A DNA stretch of 64,000 nt from Gammaproteobacteria bacterium (GTDB lineage: Bacteria > Pseudomonadota > Gammaproteobacteria > UBA4575), in NCBI GenBank assembly GCA_965221955.1, contig CBDCTA010000022.1:64001-128000 (forward strand), read 5' to 3'. The notes beneath the pieces are model-generated. The model made no database searches, had not been told where the DNA came from, and worked only from the letters and a program-made list of their open reading frames with translations. The stretch's first letter is position 1; each line of letters opens with the position of its first letter. Below are positions 10,104 to 21,017 of the stretch, one piece after another. The translations under genes and the position numbers were made by a program.

Positions 10104-10216
10104 AATCACACGTTGATTAAATGGTGGAAGAATGGGGGAAAATTTAAAACAGATTTTTATTTCATTAGTGGCGGTAATCTGCAATTAAATTTGCGAGTAA
10201 TACCCACTCGCATGTG

Positions 10217-10292
10217 TGGTGGCCAGGGGCAGAATCGAACTGCCGACACGAGGATTTTCAGTCCACTGCTCTACCAACTGAGCTACCTGGCC
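10217..10292 (-). tRNA. tRNA-Phe (GAA)
   Basis: GGCCAGGTAGCTCAGTTGGTAGAGCAGTGGACTGAAAATCCTCGTGTCGGCAGTTCGATTCTGCCCCTGGCCACCA, 76 nt with encoded CCA; upstream TTGACT-N17-TTTAAT promoter. Confidence 0.97.
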
Positions 10293-10371
10293 AAGATCGA
10301 GGGTTTAATTGAAGCGGGCTATTAAACGGGGCTATATATAATGAGTCAATAGATTTTTCGATTATTAACGC

Positions 10372-10647
10372 TTATTTTGCGTCAGGATCTACAAATTCTT
10401 TAGGCACTTCTGAGCCTTCTCCAAAAAAGAATTTTTCCATTTCTTCTTCCAGAAACTTGCGTGCCTTAGGATCAACTGGTGTAAGGCGATATTCATTCAT
10501 CAACATGGTTTGATGTCCCACCCACATTTGCCAGCCTTCTTGAGAGACATTGTCATAAATTTTCTGCCCGAGCTCGCCGGGGTAAGGCATATATTCTAGA
10601 CCTTCAGCTTCTTTATTAAGCTTCACACATTGCACCATGCGCGTCAT
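10372..10647 (-). CDS. yggX: Fe(II)-trafficking / oxidative damage protection protein
   Basis: [39 protein letters not shown]; follows mutY. Confidence 0.95.
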   Translation of the reverse strand: MTRMVQCVKLNKEAEGLEYMPYPGELGQKIYDNVSQEGWQMWVGHQTMLMNEYRLTPVDPKARKFLEEEMEKFFFGEGSEVPKEFVDPDAK

Positions 10648-11719
10648 GGGACGATTCCTTATTTTGTTGTAAGACTTGTTCCAGCACTTTTTTCACCGGT
10701 GCGGCTAAGCCTATTTTTTGATCAGTCAATTTATACCAAACCCCGAGATCGTCTTCCATCACACCATTGGGTTTTTGATCCACTTTAATCAATTTAGGGT
10801 GCATCAATAGGCGAAAATGAGAAAAAGTGTGGGAAAAACTTGGCAAGGTTTGAGCAATTTCAACGCTTGGATTTAATTGATGTAGCCGACGCTTTAGAGA
10901 AGACAGATCTTTAAATTCAGGAAAGCTGTATAAGCCACCCCAAATGCCCGTAGGTGGACGCTTTTCCAGCCAAATAGAATGATCTTTTTCATGCTGAAAG
11001 ATCGCCATAACCACCTCTCGTTGTGGAATTTTCTTTGCTGATTTGGGTGTAGGCAATTCGTGTTGACGCTTTTGAAGATACGCAACACAGTCTGATTGCA
11101 CAGGGCATACCTCACACATTGGGTTGCTACGCATACACAATGTTGCACCTAAATCCATCATGGCTTGTGTGTACTGCGCAATGACTTGTTTGGGTTGTTG
11201 TTGAGGCAGTAATGTCTCTGCCTGTTTCCAAAGTTGCTGTTCGACTTCACGCTTGCCTGGCCAACCTTCTAATCCAAAATAACGCGTTAGCACTCGTTTT
11301 ACGTTGCCATCTAAAATGGCATGCACTTGATCAAAACTTAACGCTAGTATGGCCCCAGCAGTAGAACGACCAATTCCTGGTAATGCAATGACCTCATCAA
11401 TGCTATTTGGAAACTGGCCACTATGTTGCTCAACAATCTGTTGCGCCGCTTTATGTATGTTACGCGCACGTGCGTAATACCCTAACCCCGTCCAGTGATG
11501 CAACACTTCATCAATATCCGCTTCTGCTAATTTTTTCACAGTGGGAAACCGTTGCATAAACTTTTCATAATAGGGAATAACCGTTTCTACCCGCGTTTGT
11601 TGCAGCATGATTTCAGACACCCAAATACGATAGGGGTCTTTAACAATTTGCCATGGTAAATTTTTACGACCATATTCAGCATACCAAGTTAAAACATGTT
11701 GACTAAAAGAGGGCTTCAT
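10616..11719 (-). CDS. mutY: A/G-specific adenine glycosylase
   Basis: [20 protein letters not shown], Hh[14 protein letters not shown]-x6-C-x2-C-x5-C Fe-S motif. Confidence 0.97.
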   Translation of the reverse strand: MKPSFSQHVLTWYAEYGRKNLPWQIVKDPYRIWVSEIMLQQTRVETVIPYYEKFMQRFPTVKKLAEADIDEVLHHWTGLGYYARARNIHKAAQQIVEQHSGQFPNSIDEVIALPGIGRSTAGAILALSFDQVHAILDGNVKRVLTRYFGLEGWPGKREVEQQLWKQAETLLPQQQPKQVIAQYTQAMMDLGATLCMRSNPMCEVCPVQSDCVAYLQKRQHELPTPKSAKKIPQREVVMAIFQHEKDHSIWLEKRPPTGIWGGLYSFPEFKDLSSLKRRLHQLNPSVEIAQTLPSFSHTFSHFRLLMHPKLIKVDQKPNGVMEDDLGVWYKLTDQKIGLAAPVKKVLEQVLQQNKESSHDAHGAMCEA

Positions 11720-11722
11720 TTT

Positions 11723-12265
11723 TTATTGTTGGGCTTGATGCTGTAGTAGCGTAACGCTTTGTAACACGCGTTTTTTAAATTTTTTCTTCAACACATAGGA
11801 ACGGATTAAAGGGGGTATCCAAAATTTAGGCTGCATACGTGCTTCATAATCTACTCTTGTACTCTCAGAATGCGAGGTTAGCACCCAGCTTGCATAGCCT
11901 GATTTTAAATCACTTAACATAGGAACAATATATGCCTCTAACTTTGTATTCTCGTCTTGGCTAATATCTTCTACACGCGTAAGGTTTTTGCAAAAAAACA
12001 AAATACAATCTTTGATAACGGTTTTTACTCTTAGACTGTTTTCGACAGGAGAGCTAAGTTGCACGCTTTCGATAATCGCGGGGTTGAGGTCTGCAATATT
12101 CTCAAAATCTGTTAACACCGCCATGACACTTTCGGGTGACGCCTTAACGTCAAATGTAGCGTTCAAATAGTAGGTTTTATTTTCATAACGGACACTGACT
12201 TCCGTCGCGTTCGCATAGGTGCAAATATTCAGCCAAAGAAAAAGTCCCCAAACGAGGGCTTTCAT
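11723..12265 (-). CDS. SRPBCC/START-fold exported protein
   Basis: Signal peptide; V.ASPE.V..VLTDFE, CILFFC, P.FWIPP. Confidence 0.7.
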   Translation of the reverse strand: MKALVWGLFLWLNICTYANATEVSVRYENKTYYLNATFDVKASPESVMAVLTDFENIADLNPAIIESVQLSSPVENSLRVKTVIKDCILFFCKNLTRVEDISQDENTKLEAYIVPMLSDLKSGYASWVLTSHSESTRVDYEARMQPKFWIPPLIRSYVLKKKFKKRVLQSVTLLQHQAQQ

Positions 12266-14235
12266 TAGAATAGTTTTAGTTTGTCTTTAATGGACTTCCC
12301 TAAACCTTCTCCTAACTTTTCAGTGATTTCTTCGTCAATTTTTTCATCGATTTTTTCTTGTAGTTCTTCTTTCTTTTCGGCAATTTTTTCAGCTTGTGCA
12401 CACTTTAACGCAGCTGTGACATCTACACCGTAACTTAACTTTTCAAACGGTCCCTTTATGGAAACCGGCACTCCGCATTTATCAGGCTCTTCAGACAAGC
12501 CAATCTCAATATCGTAGTCGGTTTCGGATTTTGCAATGTCCACTTGTCCTTTCCCTTTTGCATGAATCAAAGGTGTGTTGAGTGTGAAATCTTTATTGTC
12601 TGATAACCCATTGGTAACATTAAATGTACCAAATAATTTATCAAATACTAATTCTTCTCCTGTGGGTTTAGGGTCGCGGCCTTTCAACAATGCAGCGGCT
12701 TTTTCTACATTGGCCGCCAATTTTGCATCACGCAAAGCGCCATTGGCTGCGTTTAACTTCACTTGTCCATCTAATGCGCGTTTGAGGTCGGCAACAGAAT
12801 TTCCTGTGGTATTCACATTTAATGAGAGATTACTCAGGCCACGAATATAAGCCTGCTCTTCCCCTAAGAAATCAATACTGAGCTTATCGATTGCGACATT
12901 TGCAATATCGGTTGCGAGTGCATATTTAGGCGTATCGCCACGCACATCCACACTGGCCTTGCCCTTCATCGAACCATCATAAAGATTCATGGACATAGGT
13001 GTAATTTGCAACAAGCCTCCCTTTGCCGTTACAGTAGCTTTCACATTAGTCATGGTCATACCAGAAACAATCAATTTCCCCACTGCAACATCTCCATTCA
13101 CCCGCATATCACGAAGCGTTTTCGTAGGTAATTCAATCGGCTCATTTTCATCTGCCGGGGTACTCTCGGCTTTCTCTTCTGCACTCGAGGTGGGTAATAA
13201 TTTATCCAGATCTAATAACTCTGAAGCTAATGAAAACTTAACATTGGGTTTACTAAACGATTGTACCGATGCATTACCAGTGAGCTGAGAATCCACCATC
13301 GACAACACCAGTGAAGAAAGACTTAAGGCTTCATTGGCAATATCTGCATCAATATTGGTTTGCATGTCTACCTCTAACTTGCCTTCTGGAAACGCATCGC
13401 CGGTGCCTGCAATCTTTATCTTTGTGTCTTGCATGGCATACTTTTGCGTTGCAAAGTTGCCACTTACATTTGAAGTTAGAGCTAAATCCATGGCGCCATT
13501 AGGAAAAGAATCGCCCGTTGAATGTAAATCTACATTTAGACCGTTTAACTTTAACGTTTGGGCTTTAGAATCAAACAATGCTTTTGATGCAATGACTAAA
13601 CTTGCATCCATTACAGGAGCAGCATTTTTTAAGTTTAAATCCATTTTTACATCGGTTTCTTTTCCATCTCCTAATTCGCCAGTGATTAAATTAAAAGGAG
13701 CAATTTGAACTTTGGTGCCTGCTTGCGCATCATGCCACGACAATTCAGCATCTGTAATTTCAATACCATTTACCACCACTTCTATATCAGGTGAAGTTGA
13801 ACTTTCTTCTTTCGGGGCTGCTTCTGTTTTTTCTTCAGGAATTAAGTCATCCCAATTGGAAACACCTTGTGCATTTTTTTGTAAATTAGCTTTTAAGCCA
13901 TGCAATTTAATTTTAGAAGCATGCACTTGCTTTTTTAACAGTGGTAACAATTCAACATGAACATCTACTTCTTCTACACTTACCATGGGTTGATCACCAA
14001 ACCCTGCAGCATTTCCGAAAGAGGTGCTGCCTAAACTAATCCCTAAGCGAGGCATCCAGCTATTTTTTATATCGCCTGTAATCACAAGGTCGCGGCCAGT
14101 TTTTTCTTTTGCAACCGCCATGATTTGTTCTTTGTAATTATTCAGATCTAAAGTAGATAAAAAGAATCCCGCAACTCCCACCACAATTAAGACCAATAAA
14201 ACGATTCCAATGATGAGATATTTAAGTGCTTTCAT
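12265..14235 (-). CDS. asmA: AsmA family protein
   Basis: N-terminal TM, LDLNNYK..I......TGR.L.I.G, LDLD.LLP; usual position upstream of mutY. Confidence 0.88.
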   Translation of the reverse strand: MKALKYLIIGIVLLVLIVVGVAGFFLSTLDLNNYKEQIMAVAKEKTGRDLVITGDIKNSWMPRLGISLGSTSFGNAAGFGDQPMVSVEEVDVHVELLPLLKKQVHASKIKLHGLKANLQKNAQGVSNWDDLIPEEKTEAAPKEESSTSPDIEVVVNGIEITDAELSWHDAQAGTKVQIAPFNLITGELGDGKETDVKMDLNLKNAAPVMDASLVIASKALFDSKAQTLKLNGLNVDLHSTGDSFPNGAMDLALTSNVSGNFATQKYAMQDTKIKIAGTGDAFPEGKLEVDMQTNIDADIANEALSLSSLVLSMVDSQLTGNASVQSFSKPNVKFSLASELLDLDKLLPTSSAEEKAESTPADENEPIELPTKTLRDMRVNGDVAVGKLIVSGMTMTNVKATVTAKGGLLQITPMSMNLYDGSMKGKASVDVRGDTPKYALATDIANVAIDKLSIDFLGEEQAYIRGLSNLSLNVNTTGNSVADLKRALDGQVKLNAANGALRDAKLAANVEKAAALLKGRDPKPTGEELVFDKLFGTFNVTNGLSDNKDFTLNTPLIHAKGKGQVDIAKSETDYDIEIGLSEEPDKCGVPVSIKGPFEKLSYGVDVTAALKCAQAEKIAEKKEELQEKIDEKIDEEITEKLGEGLGKSIKDKLKLF

Positions 14236-14302
14236 GAAAACTCCTAGCCTTATTATTTTTTCGATGGCTTGTTTTTTTTAGACCTTACTTCAAACAGTAA
14301 GT

Positions 14303-14782
14303 TTAGCCCTCACGTGTCCAGGTGCCTGACTTTCCGCCTTGTTTACTCAACAGTGCGATATCTTGCAGCACCATGCCACGATCAGCCGCTTTACACATGT
14401 CATAAATTGTTAATAATGCAATTTGCACTGCAGTAATGGCTTCCATCTCCACGCCCGTTTGCCCGCGCGTTTCGACCGTGGCTTTGCAATACACTGCAGT
14501 CGGTGCTTCTTCAATACTAAATTCTACCTCTACAGCGGTCAGCACCAAGGGGTGGCATAACGGTACTAATTCTGAGGTTTTCTTTGCCCCCATGATGCCT
14601 GCAATGCGTGCAATTCCCAACACATCTCCTTTTTTATGACCGCCACTTTGAATCAATTGTAAGGTTTCCGTCTGCATACGAATACGCCCATCTGCCACAG
14701 CAATGCGGTGACTCATGGGCTTTTCGCCTACATTGACCATGTGGGCTTCCCCTTGCGGATTAAAGTGCGTCAACTTACTCAT
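14303..14782 (-). CDS. moaC: Cyclic pyranopterin monophosphate synthase
   Basis: [42 protein letters not shown]. Confidence 0.96.
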   Translation of the reverse strand: MSKLTHFNPQGEAHMVNVGEKPMSHRIAVADGRIRMQTETLQLIQSGGHKKGDVLGIARIAGIMGAKKTSELVPLCHPLVLTAVEVEFSIEEAPTAVYCKATVETRGQTGVEMEAITAVQIALLTIYDMCKAADRGMVLQDIALLSKQGGKSGTWTREG

Positions 14783-14847
14783 AGTAAACAGATGGTACCA
14801 TTTCGTACTCAATTGTAGGCAATGAATTCAGCGTTTATATTAATGAC

Positions 14848-15081
14848 ATGACTGTACACATTAAATATTTTGCCAGCTTGCGCGAAACCCTTGGGCGCAA
14901 CAGTGATGAGCTATCCATTTCGAACACCGTCACTGTGGAAGAAATTTGGAATCAAGTAACCGAAAGTTCTCAACGTCCAGAAAACATATTGGTTGCAGTG
15001 AACCAAGAATATGCACAATTTGATCATCCGGTGAACGACGGAGATGAAGTAGCGTTTTTCCCTCCCGTAACAGGTGGATAG
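14848..15081 (+). CDS. moaD: Molybdopterin synthase sulfur carrier subunit
   Basis: KYFASLRE, AVNQEY, DGDEVAFFPPVTGG C-terminus. Confidence 0.96.
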   Translation: MTVHIKYFASLRETLGRNSDELSISNTVTVEEIWNQVTESSQRPENILVAVNQEYAQFDHPVNDGDEVAFFPPVTGG

Positions 15082-15124
15082 CCTTATCCAATTAATCGTT
15101 TAAATTCGGTTACCACTTCAAAAC

Positions 15125-15451
15125 ATGAATTATATTAAAAATGATCATGTCATTTATGTTGGCAAAGGATTTAACTTTTTGGCATTTGTTTTTTCTTGGG
15201 GCTGGTTACTTGCAAAAGGACTTTGGTTGTATGGCTTTATTTTCATGATAATTCAAATTCCTCTGTACTTTTATGCCATTGCAAGTTCCGAATCACTTAC
15301 TTTGATTTCAGAAAATTCAATGAGCATTTCGCATGCTTTCTTGCTAGTACCGAATTTGGTTCTATTGGTGATTCATCTATACATTGGTTACAAAGGTAAC
15401 GTGTGGAGAGAAAACTTATTACAACGCAAAGGTTATAATCTAATCGATTAG
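15125..15451 (+). CDS. DUF2628-like small membrane protein
   Basis: GFNFLAFVFSWGWLL.KGLW and GN.W....L..KGY pattern. Confidence 0.7.
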   Translation: MNYIKNDHVIYVGKGFNFLAFVFSWGWLLAKGLWLYGFIFMIIQIPLYFYAIASSESLTLISENSMSISHAFLLVPNLVLLVIHLYIGYKGNVWRENLLQRKGYNLID

Positions 15452-15454
15452 AAA

Positions 15455-16819
15455 TTATTGAATCAACAAAAACAAACCGCGTGAATCGCGTTGAATATTT
15501 AACAATACTGCATCCCGATTTTTCTTTAGTGCTGCTTTCATATCGCGGATGGTTTTTACGCGTTGCTTGTTCACACTTAAGATAAGATCTCCCTTTCGCA
15601 AACCCGAAGTCGCAGCTCTACCTTCTACATCGACTACCTCAATTCCCGATATCGATCCGCGAGCGGTATCTTCACTCACTTCACTAAATACCGCACCCTC
15701 TAAGCGTTGATTGAGTTTCTTACCTTGCACGGTTTTCATAATTTTATCTTCAACCATGGCTTTAAGCGTACGCGCTTTGCCATTGCGCAAAACTTTAACG
15801 GTTACTTGTTCGCCGATACGTAATAATCCGATTTCATTACGTACTTGCGCAGAACTGGTCGCATCCTTTCCATTGACGGCAATAATCACATCGCCTACTT
15901 GCATATCTGCTTTTTCTGCCGGTGAATCGGCTTCTACGCGTGCTACCACAACGCCTTTATTACGTGAAATGCCAAAAGCTTGTGCAAGTTCTGGTGTTAA
16001 GTCTTGTGCGCTAAAGCCCAAGCGACCCCGTTTTACTTCACCATGCTCAATTAATTGTGCGGTAATTTGTTGCGCCATGTTAATTGGTATGGCAAATCCG
16101 ATACCGACATTGCCACCACTGGGCCCATAAATCGCAGTGTTAATGCCAATCAATTCACCACGCAAATTGACTAAGGCACCTCCTGAATTACCGGGGTTAA
16201 TTGAAGCATCGGTTTGAATAAAATCTTCATAGGACTCAATACCTAGTCCACTTCGGCCTAAGGCACTTACGATGCCTGATGTTACCGTTTGACCCAAACC
16301 AAACGGATTACCAATCGCCACAACAAAATCACCTTGTCGCAAGGTATCAGAATTACCAAATGAAATTTCACTCAGATTCGTCGCATCAATTTGAATCACA
16401 GCGATATCCGCGCCCGGGTCTTTACCTATTACTTTGGCATCAAAGCGTTGACCATCTTCCAATGTCACCACAATATCGTGTGCCTTATCGATTACATGTG
16501 AGTTTGTAATTACGTAGCCATTTGCAGCATCAATAATGACTCCTGACCCCAAACCCGTCGTACGACGCTCACGCTGTCGTTGTGGAATATCAAAAAAACG
16601 ACGAAAAAAAGGATCATCAAAGAACGGATCGCGTACTACAACTTTTCCAGTAGTCGAAATATTCACCACAGCAGGAGTCGTGCGTTCCAACATAGGCGCC
16701 AGAGAAGGCAGAGGCTCACCTTCTACACTATTTGGCAAACCTGCAAACACGTTTGTTGCACCAACACTGAACACAAGTAGAGTAACTAAAACCAAACGAT
16801 GTTGCATTTTTAATTTCAT
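15455..16819 (-). CDS. degQ: HtrA/Do family periplasmic serine protease with two PDZ domains
   Basis: PSLAPML, GLGSGVII, TNSHV, QTDASINPGNSGGAL. Confidence 0.93.
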   Translation of the reverse strand: MKLKMQHRLVLVTLLVFSVGATNVFAGLPNSVEGEPLPSLAPMLERTTPAVVNISTTGKVVVRDPFFDDPFFRRFFDIPQRQRERRTTGLGSGVIIDAANGYVITNSHVIDKAHDIVVTLEDGQRFDAKVIGKDPGADIAVIQIDATNLSEISFGNSDTLRQGDFVVAIGNPFGLGQTVTSGIVSALGRSGLGIESYEDFIQTDASINPGNSGGALVNLRGELIGINTAIYGPSGGNVGIGFAIPINMAQQITAQLIEHGEVKRGRLGFSAQDLTPELAQAFGISRNKGVVVARVEADSPAEKADMQVGDVIIAVNGKDATSSAQVRNEIGLLRIGEQVTVKVLRNGKARTLKAMVEDKIMKTVQGKKLNQRLEGAVFSEVSEDTARGSISGIEVVDVEGRAATSGLRKGDLILSVNKQRVKTIRDMKAALKKNRDAVLLNIQRDSRGLFLLIQ

Positions 16820-16912
16820 AAAGAATTATAGAAAATGACTATGCTTTTTAAAGAAACTGAATTATACGATTAAAACGCTTGGCTTGAGTAATGCTAATTT
16901 AACTCAACCGAT

Positions 16913-17842
16913 TTACAGTTTTTGCCGGGGATTAAATTCAAAGCGTTTTTCCATCTCCTCGAAATAACGCTTATCTTCGTCATCTTTAATTGGGGGCATC
17001 ATGATTTGTAGTGTGACAATTTGATCACCCGCAGGTGTACCACTCAAACCACGTTTCTTTAAACGCAATTTTTTACCGGACTGTGAACCAGCAGGGATTT
17101 TCGTTTCCACGCGCCCACCTAAAGTAGGCACTTGAACACGTGCGCCCATCGCCGCTTCCCATGGACTAATAGGAAGATCTAACAAAACGTTTTTACCCTC
17201 CACTTTAAATAATCGGTTCGGCGAAATGGTCACTTCTAAATATAAGTCACCATTCGGTCCACCACCTGTTCCTGCGCCTCCTTGACCCGCGAGACGAATA
17301 CGTTTACCAGAAGTGATGCCTTTGGGAATTTTTACATCCAAGTTACGCCCACTGCCTAAACGAATATTTTTCTTGGCACCATTGAATGCATCTTCTAGGC
17401 TTACTGAAATACTTGCGTGCTGATCGGCACCTTTCGATTGAAATCCACGTTGCTGAAAACCCTGTGCACCACCATGTTGCGCAAAACCGCCACCAAACAT
17501 GGATTCAAAAAAATCACTAAAACCACTCGCACCAAAACCACCACTTGAAGCGGTTTGTCCTGCAAAACCTGCATTTGCAAAAATATCTTCCCAACCTGGA
17601 GGCGGATTAAAATCCTGTCCTGCTTTCCAGTTCGCACCTAATTGATCATAGGCTTGACGTTTTTCAGAGTCTTTTAACACTTCATACGCTTCGCCTACTT
17701 CTTTAAATTTTTCTTCAGCGTTGGATTCTTTACTTACGTCGGGATGATACTTACGCGCAAGACGACGATAAGCTGTTTTAATTTCAGCTTCTTTAGCATC
17801 CCTCTCAACGCCGAGTATTTTGTAATAATCTTTATATTCCAT
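16913..17842 (-). CDS. cbpA: DnaJ class B co-chaperone (CbpA-like)
   Basis: MEYKDYY.ILGV, HPDV, G/F region, no zinc fingers, PWEAA.G. Confidence 0.88.
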   Translation of the reverse strand: MEYKDYYKILGVERDAKEAEIKTAYRRLARKYHPDVSKESNAEEKFKEVGEAYEVLKDSEKRQAYDQLGANWKAGQDFNPPPGWEDIFANAGFAGQTASSGGFGASGFSDFFESMFGGGFAQHGGAQGFQQRGFQSKGADQHASISVSLEDAFNGAKKNIRLGSGRNLDVKIPKGITSGKRIRLAGQGGAGTGGGPNGDLYLEVTISPNRLFKVEGKNVLLDLPISPWEAAMGARVQVPTLGGRVETKIPAGSQSGKKLRLKKRGLSGTPAGDQIVTLQIMMPPIKDDEDKRYFEEMEKRFEFNPRQKL

Positions 17843-17902
17843 CTCAATAATGAATCTCTTACACTTAAGTTATATTGCTGTTCATCTCGATTAGTCAACA
17901 CT

Positions 17903-17929
17903 AAAGCGCCGCGAATAAACGCGGCGCTC
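17903..17929 (-). terminator. Hairpin terminator after hsp20
   Basis: AGCGCCGCG-AATAAA-CGCGGCGCT inverted repeat. Confidence 0.6.
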
Positions 17930-17980
17930 ATGACTATCCTTGTACAACTTCCTTATTTGTAAACTTCCATAACTGGCCGT

Positions 17981-18418
17981 TTACCCTTCTACTGATATCT
18001 TTTTGGGTAACGCCTTTTCCTTTTTAGGAATATGTAGCTTTAACACACCATGTTCAGTTTTTGCAGAGATATTTTCTGCGTCTGCAGTATCAGGTAGTGT
18101 AAAGCGGCGGTAAAAACTTCCATAACTACGCTCAGTGCGTGAATAACCTTCACCTTCATCTTTAGTTTCTGCCTTACGTTCACCTTTAATAGTAAGTACT
18201 CCGTCTTCAAATGAAATATCAATGTCTTTAGGCCCCACACCGGGAACATCTGCAGCGACCTCATAAGCGTCTTTGCCTTCTTTAATATCGACACTAGGCA
18301 CCCAGTCTGTAGCCGTATCCACATAAGCAGCGGCATTTGTATTAAAAATTCGATCTAACTCTCCGCGAAACTCACGAAAAGAATCCATTGGGTCTCTATA
18401 AACTCTTGTAAGCATCAT
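17981..18418 (-). CDS. Small heat shock protein Hsp20/alpha-crystallin
   Basis: WVPSVDIKE, DVPGV, ERSYGSFYRRFTLP, GVL.L.IPK. Confidence 0.95.
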   Translation of the reverse strand: MMLTRVYRDPMDSFREFRGELDRIFNTNAAAYVDTATDWVPSVDIKEGKDAYEVAADVPGVGPKDIDISFEDGVLTIKGERKAETKDEGEGYSRTERSYGSFYRRFTLPDTADAENISAKTEHGVLKLHIPKKEKALPKKISVEG

Positions 18419-18460
18419 TCGCCTCCATAGAAATAAACAATTAAATTCGATGTCTATTGA

Positions 18461-18487
18461 ATATGGGCTATTTTTGCTATTTCAAGG
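18461..18487 (-). promoter_or_regulatory. sigma32 (RpoH) promoter of hsp20
   Basis: Minus strand CTTGAAA-TAGCAAAAATAG-CCCATAT matches the CTTGAAA...CCCCATNT consensus. Confidence 0.8.
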
Positions 18488-18525
18488 GCTATTTTTAAGA
18501 AATTTATTTGCAGGGACGTAATGTA

Positions 18526-18603
18526 TGCCGGTAACTCACGACTGCATGGATGCAGGAGGTAGAGCGACGCAAGAAGCCAGAGTCGAGGATACGGTTACCG
18601 GTA
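18526..18603. repeat. REP/MITE-like palindromic element with internal hairpin
   Basis: Outer inverted repeat TGCCGGTAAC...GTTACCGGTA enclosing a GC-rich ~55-nt core with CTGCATGGATGCAG hairpin. Confidence 0.5.
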
Positions 18604-18611
18604 CAGCTTTA

Positions 18612-19121
18612 TTAGGTGGCCTCAAATTGTGCTGCTGCACGGTTTTTTTGTACCGCATCTGGGGTGAAAATCTGACCATTCATGGCTAGATATACGCCAT
18701 GGGGCAAATGCTGAGCGGCCGCAATGGCATAACCAATATTGAAGATGGCATCGGTATTTCGAAACCGCGCCGGTTGCATCGCACCGGTAAGTACGATGGT
18801 TTTGTTCTTAATTTCTTCTAAACGTTGCGCCGTGTTGATCATAGTATCTGTGCCATGCGTGATAAGGATGTGCTCACAGGGTTCAGCCGCAACTTGCTTA
18901 AAAATTAATTCACGATCTTCATCTGTGATTTCTAAGCTGTCTTTTTTCAGTATTGAAGCCACTTCAAATGAAAATTTTGCCAGTGCTTCTTTTAATATAT
19001 TTTTTACAACAGGATCACCGATTTGATATTCGCTTAAGGCATCAAAATACACTTTGTCAATAGTACCCCCCGTACAAAATATTTTGACTTGATGTTTTTT
19101 TACATGATCTTCACTGGACAT
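18612..19121 (-). CDS. Short asparaginase-domain protein
   Basis: TGGTIDK and ITHGTDTM motifs; N-terminal domain only. Confidence 0.88.
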   Translation of the reverse strand: MSSEDHVKKHQVKIFCTGGTIDKVYFDALSEYQIGDPVVKNILKEALAKFSFEVASILKKDSLEITDEDRELIFKQVAAEPCEHILITHGTDTMINTAQRLEEIKNKTIVLTGAMQPARFRNTDAIFNIGYAIAAAQHLPHGVYLAMNGQIFTPDAVQKNRAAAQFEAT

Positions 19122-19159
19122 AATTTATTTCTACTCTCTATTAACTTCTAAGTCTTTCA

Positions 19160-19284
19160 TAGAAGTTCTGATTTTTTTCTGATACGAGGCAAAAAATATC
19201 GAGAAGAGTGATGTGTATACGTTTATACATGAGCGACTTCGAGATTATTTTTTAACAATGTAGCAGGATAAATCAGAGCTTCCT
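19160..19284. repeat. ~125-nt long-hairpin MITE-like element
   Basis: Terminal inverted repeats GAAGTTCTGATTT / AAATCAGAGCTTC (12/13) with nested internal stems. Confidence 0.6.
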
Positions 19285-20151
19285 TTATTCAATGTTTTGT
19301 ACTTGCTCACGCATCTGTTCGATTAGAACTTTCAAATCTACTGCGGCTTGGGTCGTCTCGATATCAGCAGATTTAGAAGCCAATGTATTCGCTTCACGAT
19401 TAAATTCTTGCATTAAAAAATCTAAGCGCCTACCAATAGGATCTTTGCGTTGGAAAATACTTTGCATTTCACTCAGATGACTATCTAAACGATCCAGTTC
19501 TTCTGCTATATCTAGCTTTTGCGAAGTATATACAAGCTCTTGCTCAAAACGTTGTTGATCAAATTCTAAATTTAATTCATCGATACGTTGTTGTTGTTTT
19601 TGTTTAAGTGCCTCTAGCACTTGCGGGTAACGAACACGCACTTGTTTCACAATGCTATTAATTTCTTCACAGCGTTCTTCTAACATGTCTTTTAAACGTT
19701 CCCCTTCCGTACTGCGCATATCGACCAATTGCTCCGTAGCCTTTTGAAACAAGTCTAAACAAGTTGCATGAAAACTTTGCATATCTACTTCTGCGGTGCG
19801 CACAACACCTGGCCAAGAAAGAAGATCGACCGCTTCAGCAGGCGTAGCTTGAGGAAGTTTCTCGTTTACATGATGGATTTGTTTAAGAAGACTTTCTAAC
19901 AAAGGTTCGTTCAGCTCAAGTGCCGCAGTTTGGGCTTCTGCAAGTTGATAACGAAACACACAATCCACCTTGCCACGCGCCAAATGTTTTTGTAAATGTT
20001 GACGCAGCTGAGGCTCGAGCCGACGTACTTCTTCTGGAAGACGAAAATTGATCTCTAAATAGCGATGATTGACGGAGCGCAGCTCCCAGCTCACATTCCC
20101 TTGCTCACACACATCTTCAACTCTTGCAAATCCCGTCATACTGCAAAGCAT
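19285..20151 (-). CDS. yicC: YicC/YloC family endoribonuclease
   Basis: SMTGFAR, ELRSVNHRYLE, GRRLDFLMQEFNREANT, REQVQNIE; divergent from rph. Confidence 0.95.
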   Translation of the reverse strand: MLCSMTGFARVEDVCEQGNVSWELRSVNHRYLEINFRLPEEVRRLEPQLRQHLQKHLARGKVDCVFRYQLAEAQTAALELNEPLLESLLKQIHHVNEKLPQATPAEAVDLLSWPGVVRTAEVDMQSFHATCLDLFQKATEQLVDMRSTEGERLKDMLEERCEEINSIVKQVRVRYPQVLEALKQKQQQRIDELNLEFDQQRFEQELVYTSQKLDIAEELDRLDSHLSEMQSIFQRKDPIGRRLDFLMQEFNREANTLASKSADIETTQAAVDLKVLIEQMREQVQNIE

Positions 20152-20286
20152 GGCATTAATCCTTATTTCTCTTTGATCCAATCAAATTCTATTTCTAAAC
20201 CATCCAACCCTACATTTTCTTGAGAAATGTAATGGAATTTTTTGCGTATAATGCGCGACTCTCAATCATTCCACCAGGTAGTTTTT

Positions 20287-21015
20287 ATGAGTTCTTTTAG
20301 TAGACCCAGTGGTCGTAATGCAGATCAACTGCGTGATGTCCGGTTTATCCGTAACTATACCAAGCATGCCGAAGGTTCAGTATTAGCTGAATTCGGCGAC
20401 ACTAAAGTATTGTGTACCGCTAGTGTAACGGATCAAGTACCAAAGTTTCTTAAGGGTAAAAACCAAGGCTGGGTTACCGCAGAATATGGAATGTTGCCTC
20501 GATCCACCAATAGCCGTATGTCTAGAGAGGCGGCACGTGGCAAACAAGGAGGCCGCACGCTAGAAATCCAGCGTTTAATTGGACGTTCGCTGCGTGCAGC
20601 CATGGACCTTAAACAACTGGGCGAATATTCCATTACAGTTGATTGCGATGTCATTCAGGCAGACGGTGGTACACGCACTACCTCTATTTCCGGTGGCTTT
20701 GTTGCACTCAGTGATGCGATCCAAAAAATGCTTGGCAATGGCGATCTTAAAACCAATCCGATTACACACAATGTTGCAGCCATTTCCGTAGGCATTTACC
20801 AAAACACTCCGGTATTGGATTTAGATTATGCTGAAGACTGTAGCGCAGAAACGGATATGAATATTGTCATGAATGACCAACAAGCTTTTATTGAAATTCA
20901 AGGTACTGCAGAGCAAGAAGCGTTCTCACAAGATGAGCTCTCAAGTTTATTAGCACTTGGGAACAAAGGTATTCAAGAAATTATTCAACAACAAAAAGCT
21001 TGTATGCAAACATAA
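20287..21015 (+). CDS. rph: Ribonuclease PH
   Basis: [36 protein letters not shown]. Confidence 0.97.
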   Translation: MSSFSRPSGRNADQLRDVRFIRNYTKHAEGSVLAEFGDTKVLCTASVTDQVPKFLKGKNQGWVTAEYGMLPRSTNSRMSREAARGKQGGRTLEIQRLIGRSLRAAMDLKQLGEYSITVDCDVIQADGGTRTTSISGGFVALSDAIQKMLGNGDLKTNPITHNVAAISVGIYQNTPVLDLDYAEDCSAETDMNIVMNDQQAFIEIQGTAEQEAFSQDELSSLLALGNKGIQEIIQQQKACMQT

Positions 21016-21017
21016 CG

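Noticed and set aside
10250-10266. U-U mismatch in the tRNA-Phe anticodon stem (GUGGA/UCCUC)
   Set aside because: A single mismatch is tolerated in tRNAs or may be a base-call error; the rest of the cloverleaf is normal
10113-10325. 70-aa ORF on the + strand
   Set aside because: Antisense shadow of the tRNA-Phe gene
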